Shown here piece by piece: positions 59,854 through 64,000 of a DNA stretch of 64,000 nucleotides (the stretch's first letter is position 1; every line of letters starts with the position of its first letter). This DNA is from Promethearchaeota archaeon. GTDB taxonomy: Archaea; Asgardarchaeota; Lokiarchaeia; Sigyniarchaeales; SOKP01. Where the stretch lies: contig JBHLNF010000001.1 in NCBI GenBank assembly GCA_048937405.1, positions 384,001 to 448,000 on the forward strand, given 5' to 3'. The notes below the pieces were generated by a model. It saw only the letters and a program-made list of their open reading frames with translations. It made no database searches and was not told where the DNA came from. Position numbers and translations under genes: made by a program.

Positions 59854-60522
59854 ATGAAATTACCTAAAGAACTGAAAAAAAAACAAAAACAAACACAAGA
59901 AAAAAAAACAAAAAAATCAACAAGAAAAAAGAGAAAGCAATATATAGCTAAACCTAAAGAGACACAATATGCTGTTAGACCTAAAAAGAAATTTACAGAA
60001 ACTTTTGCGCCTTATGCAATAATAATTGCTGTTGTGTTTGTTGTAATCATTGTCGTTGTAGCAACTACATCGGATAATTCAAATACTAGCACAGATAATT
60101 CAAATTCTTATCAAACTGATATAACATTTAAAACAATTAACGGAGGGACAATTAAATTAGCAGATCATCAAGGCGAAATTGTTCTTTTATTTTTCTTTGA
60201 TTTAGATTGTCCTCCTTGTAGTCCTGAATCAGAAATTATAAGCAATATTGATGATGATTATTCTAACAGTCAACTGTATATAGTTCTTATAACAGTGCAT
60301 TCATATGATTCCAATGATGGTTTAAACCTATTTAAAAATGATCATAATTTGAATTCCCCTATAGTTCGTGATGATAGTTTTAACAGTTATAGTGCGCCTT
60401 TTAATATTGCATATACCCCTACAACCATTTTATTAGATAGGGATGGAGCAGAGGTTCAAAGATTTATTGGTTATGATGCTAATCATTATAACCAAATAAA
60501 AAATGCTATTAATAGTTTGTAA
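59854..60522 (+). CDS. Membrane-anchored TlpA/ResA thiol-disulfide oxidoreductase
   Basis: Basic N-terminus, TM, CPPC, YTPTTILLDRDG. Confidence 0.88.
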   Translation: MKLPKELKKKQKQTQEKKTKKSTRKKRKQYIAKPKETQYAVRPKKKFTETFAPYAIIIAVVFVVIIVVVATTSDNSNTSTDNSNSYQTDITFKTINGGTIKLADHQGEIVLLFFFDLDCPPCSPESEIISNIDDDYSNSQLYIVLITVHSYDSNDGLNLFKNDHNLNSPIVRDDSFNSYSAPFNIAYTPTTILLDRDGAEVQRFIGYDANHYNQIKNAINSL

Positions 60523-60575
60523 AAAAACATAATAATTGAATTCATAAAGTCAAAACACAAAATTTTCCAAAAAAA

Positions 60576-61340
60576 ATGAATGAGATTTTCCTCTTTTTCT
60601 TAGCTATTGCTGGGGGGTTGATTTCTTTTTTAACACCATGTAATTTAGTGACATTACCATCTTTTATGTTATATTTAGCCAGTCAAACGAATACTCCAAA
60701 AAAGGCTTTTTTAATGAGTTTATTTTTCTCTCTAGGATTTATTTTAATGTTTTCTGTAATTGCTACCCTATATATTGTTATTTCTGGTTTTATAAGGTTT
60801 ACTTTTTGGTTAAAATTGTTTTCTGGATTAACAATAATCATTTTATCAATTTACATTTTTTTGGCTAAGCAATTTACAAGAACCCAACAAATTTTAAGCA
60901 TATCTGAAAATAATAATATCAAACAGGAGGAAACAGAAATCAATACAGAGGAATCCATATCACAAAATATAGATGCTAATACTTATGATAATGAATTATT
61001 GAAATATGAAGGGTATAGTGGTTCATTTTTGCTTGGTTTTTCGATGGGATTTTCATGGATAGGGTGTATAACACCTATTTATTTATCTATTGTATTGATT
61101 GTAAGTGATCAAGCGGATCTTGGCTTAGGGATCGTTTTATTTACTTGTTATTCTTTAGGAATTATGATCCCCTTCATAATTATTGGATCCTTAATAGGCA
61201 CAATTAAACAAAGATTTTTTGTTAAATTAATTAGGATTGGATCCAAATTGCAAAGAATTTTTGCAATTTTATTATTGTATATAGGTATTGAAATCACTTT
61301 AGGAGCATTTGGAATACCCGGTTTATTACCTTTCTTTTGA
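60576..61340 (+). CDS. ccdA: CcdA/DsbD-type disulfide transporter
   Basis: SFLTPC...LP, WIGCITP, YSLGIMIPF. Confidence 0.9.
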   Translation: MNEIFLFFLAIAGGLISFLTPCNLVTLPSFMLYLASQTNTPKKAFLMSLFFSLGFILMFSVIATLYIVISGFIRFTFWLKLFSGLTIIILSIYIFLAKQFTRTQQILSISENNNIKQEETEINTEESISQNIDANTYDNELLKYEGYSGSFLLGFSMGFSWIGCITPIYLSIVLIVSDQADLGLGIVLFTCYSLGIMIPFIIIGSLIGTIKQRFFVKLIRIGSKLQRIFAILLLYIGIEITLGAFGIPGLLPFF

Positions 61341-61413
61341 TTAAGATATAGAAGATAATTTTCCTTTTTCCCTAATCAATTCATTTTAAATGAATCATTT
61401 AAAGAAAACCTTA

Positions 61414-63798
61414 TTAATAGTAAGTATTTGTCATTCTATCTTCTTCTAATTCTACAGGATAACCTTTTCTATGCCACATTATCATCCCCCCCGTCAAATT
61501 TCGGATATCTTTAAATCCTGTTTGTGCTAAAATTTGAGCTGCCATCATAGATCGAGAACCAGAGTGGCAAATCGAGATGATTTCTTCGTCTTTATATTCC
61601 TTAATAACCTCTGGATTATTCATTAATTTTCCTAATGGAATTAATTTAGTATTTTTGATATGCCCTTGTGGACTATGGTATTCTTGGGGTGTACGAACAT
61701 CGATCATAAGTGCTGGTTCATCTTCGGTACTAATGCGTTCAAATAATTCATCAGCACTAATTTCTGAAACAGGAGGAGCATCAGGAGCCCTTAATTCTTT
61801 TCTGGTTTTCTTCTTAGCTGGAGGGGCAACTTCAAGAGGTTTAACCCTTTTTAACGTTGCGACTAGCTTCCCCCTCTCTTTCCCTAGATATAATAATTCA
61901 ATATTTTCATTTAATTTAGAATAAGCCTCAACACTAGATTTAAACCCAGGATCAGTAGCAAAAATTTTTAATTTCTTGTTTTCAGGTAATGATTCAAGTC
62001 CTTTAATTAAAGCGTTCAATGGACCTGGACATGACAATCCACTGGCATCTATTTCTATATAATCTTCACTTTCAATACTCTTTTGATAAACAAATTCCTC
62101 AATTGCATTTTCAGACCCTCCGCATGCTGCCATAATTTCTTCTGTAGTTGCGTTCGCCATCTCATATATTTTAAAGCCCCCAGTAAGTTCATAGACCTTC
62201 TTAAAACCACTTTGCAATAGAATTCTTAATGCTAAATAACTTCTATATCCAACTTCACAATACACATAAATCGGTTTGTCTTTAGATATCTCATCTAAAC
62301 GGTTTCTTAGTTCCTCAATTTGGATATTTATGGAGCCTTCAATGTTTCTAGCTGAAAATTCTTCTTTGGTTCGAACATCTAATAAGATGCTCCCATTATT
62401 GGAAATCTGGCTATAATCATGCCAATGCCAAATAGGCATATCCTCTCTAAGATAATTAGCAGCAACAAAACCTGCTATATTTACAGGATCCTTCGCAGAA
62501 CCATAGGGAGGAGCGTAAGTTAGCTCTAATTCTTCTAAATCAAAAACAGTCCCATTAAATTGTATCACAGTTGAGATTACATCAATTCTTTTTTCTGTAC
62601 CTGGACCACCAACAGCTTGCGCTCCAAGAATTTTCCCATTTGGAACTTCAAAAATTAGTTTTAAAGTTATTGGTATTGCTCCAGGATAATAACCTGCATG
62701 ATTATTGGGATGAATATAGATCTTATTATAATCAATATTAAGGTTTTTCAGTTGTTTTTCTGTTAATCCCACAGAAGCAACTGTTACATCAAAAATCTTA
62801 ACAACAGAAGCCCCTAAAACACCTTTATATTCAGAATCTCTTCCTGCAATGTTATCTGCTGCGATTCTACCCTGTTTATTTGCTGGACCCGCTAACGCAA
62901 TAGAAATTGGTTGTTTTGTTTGAAGATGTTTAACTTGAACAATATCTCCCACTGCATAAATATTTGAATCAGAAGTTTGCATTTTATTGTTAACAATAAT
63001 ATATCCTTTCTCAGTTATTTCCAAACCTGCATCTTTGCCAAGTTTGCTTTCTGGTCTAATTCCAATGGATAAAATAACTAGATCAGTTTCTATCACTCTA
63101 CCACTTTTTGTTTTAACAAACGAGTTATTTTGATCCGTTCTCCCAAAAGAATCTACAGGATCTTCCAAAACTAAACAAACTCCGTTTAAAATTAATTCTT
63201 GGTGTATGAATTGTGCAATTTCTTTATCTATTGGTGGCATAACTTGGTCCAACATCTCTACAATTTTAACTTTCACTCCTTTTTCTACTAAGTTTTCTGC
63301 CATTTCTAATCCAATAAAACCTCCCCCAACAATGACAGCATTTTTAATATCATATTGATCAACATATTCACGTATTTTAATGGCATCTGGGATTGTCCAT
63401 ACGGTATAATATGGAACTTTATTTAATCCCTCAAATTGAGGAACTATTGGTTTTGAACCTGTTGCAAGAATCAAATAATCATAATCAAGTACATATTCAT
63501 TTAATTTTATTAAATCTTTTACTTTCACTTGATTTTTCTTTCTATCAATTACGAGTACCTCATTATTGACCCGTACGTCAATATTGAATCTCTCAAGGAA
63601 CCTTTCAGGAGTAACTAATTCTAAAGACTCACGATCCTTTATTATATTCCCCACATAATATGGTAATCCACAATTTGCAAATGATACATATGGACCTCGA
63701 TCTAACATAATAATTTCAAATTCTTCTCTCAAGCGTCTGAGTCTAGCAGCGGCAGAAGCTCCACCGGCAACCCCACCAACAATTATTACTCGTTTCAT
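61414..63798 (-). CDS. CoA-disulfide reductase with rhodanese, TusA and second rhodanese domains
   Basis: GGVAGG, SFANCGLPY, YAPPY; YCEVGYRS; DASGLSCPGP; ICHSGSRS. Confidence 0.92.
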   Translation of the reverse strand: MKRVIIVGGVAGGASAAARLRRLREEFEIIMLDRGPYVSFANCGLPYYVGNIIKDRESLELVTPERFLERFNIDVRVNNEVLVIDRKKNQVKVKDLIKLNEYVLDYDYLILATGSKPIVPQFEGLNKVPYYTVWTIPDAIKIREYVDQYDIKNAVIVGGGFIGLEMAENLVEKGVKVKIVEMLDQVMPPIDKEIAQFIHQELILNGVCLVLEDPVDSFGRTDQNNSFVKTKSGRVIETDLVILSIGIRPESKLGKDAGLEITEKGYIIVNNKMQTSDSNIYAVGDIVQVKHLQTKQPISIALAGPANKQGRIAADNIAGRDSEYKGVLGASVVKIFDVTVASVGLTEKQLKNLNIDYNKIYIHPNNHAGYYPGAIPITLKLIFEVPNGKILGAQAVGGPGTEKRIDVISTVIQFNGTVFDLEELELTYAPPYGSAKDPVNIAGFVAANYLREDMPIWHWHDYSQISNNGSILLDVRTKEEFSARNIEGSINIQIEELRNRLDEISKDKPIYVYCEVGYRSYLALRILLQSGFKKVYELTGGFKIYEMANATTEEIMAACGGSENAIEEFVYQKSIESEDYIEIDASGLSCPGPLNALIKGLESLPENKKLKIFATDPGFKSSVEAYSKLNENIELLYLGKERGKLVATLKRVKPLEVAPPAKKKTRKELRAPDAPPVSEISADELFERISTEDEPALMIDVRTPQEYHSPQGHIKNTKLIPLGKLMNNPEVIKEYKDEEIISICHSGSRSMMAAQILAQTGFKDIRNLTGGMIMWHRKGYPVELEEDRMTNTYY

Positions 63799-64000
63799 TT
63801 TATACTTCTCATTGATATTTTTTAAAACTCTATACTCAAAATTTAATTATTTAACACATTAGATTGGATTTAAAGATGTTTATTATGAATTAAATTAAAT
63901 AATAAAAAGAGATTTAATTCAATTTAATTTTTCTAATTAATTTTATTTATGAACTATAATTTGAAAAATATTCGAAAAAGAGAAAATTCAGTAAAATTAA

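Overview
AT-rich archaeal chromosomal DNA, most likely Asgard archaea (Lokiarchaeia-like). This is inferred from an archaeal-type AlaRS, a small Arf/Rag-like GTPase, an IPGY-type C-terminal sorting signal and a longin/DENN-like fusion. The left half holds housekeeping, regulatory and thiol-redox genes. From about 40.5 kb to the end is a large iron/redox-stress region (4Fe-4S protein, atypical CooS, NADH:rubredoxin oxidoreductase, rubredoxins, FprA, superoxide reductase, rubrerythrin, TlpA/CcdA, CoA-disulfide reductase). Main finding: two unrelated iron-protein genes, a 4Fe-4S ferredoxin-domain gene (43018..42204, -) and a rubredoxin gene (48889..49058, +), are each interrupted by a 29-nt insertion just after a Cys ligand. 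Both insertions fold into the same bulge-helix-bulge (BHB)-like structure (4-bp helix, AG|U and AA|R bulges). Cutting at the standard splicing-endonuclease positions restores canonical protein motifs (CVVDCAEGAL; CPVCGVGKDMF). This points to tRNA-type introns in mRNAs of iron proteins; splicing itself is inferred, not shown. Secondary findings: two TFIIB-repeat/nuclease fusion proteins, several ATC/ATT start codons, a shared 15-bp operator, a receiver-longin/DENN-like fusion and a Cys-to-Glu CooS variant. No tRNA, rRNA, CRISPR array or IS element was seen.
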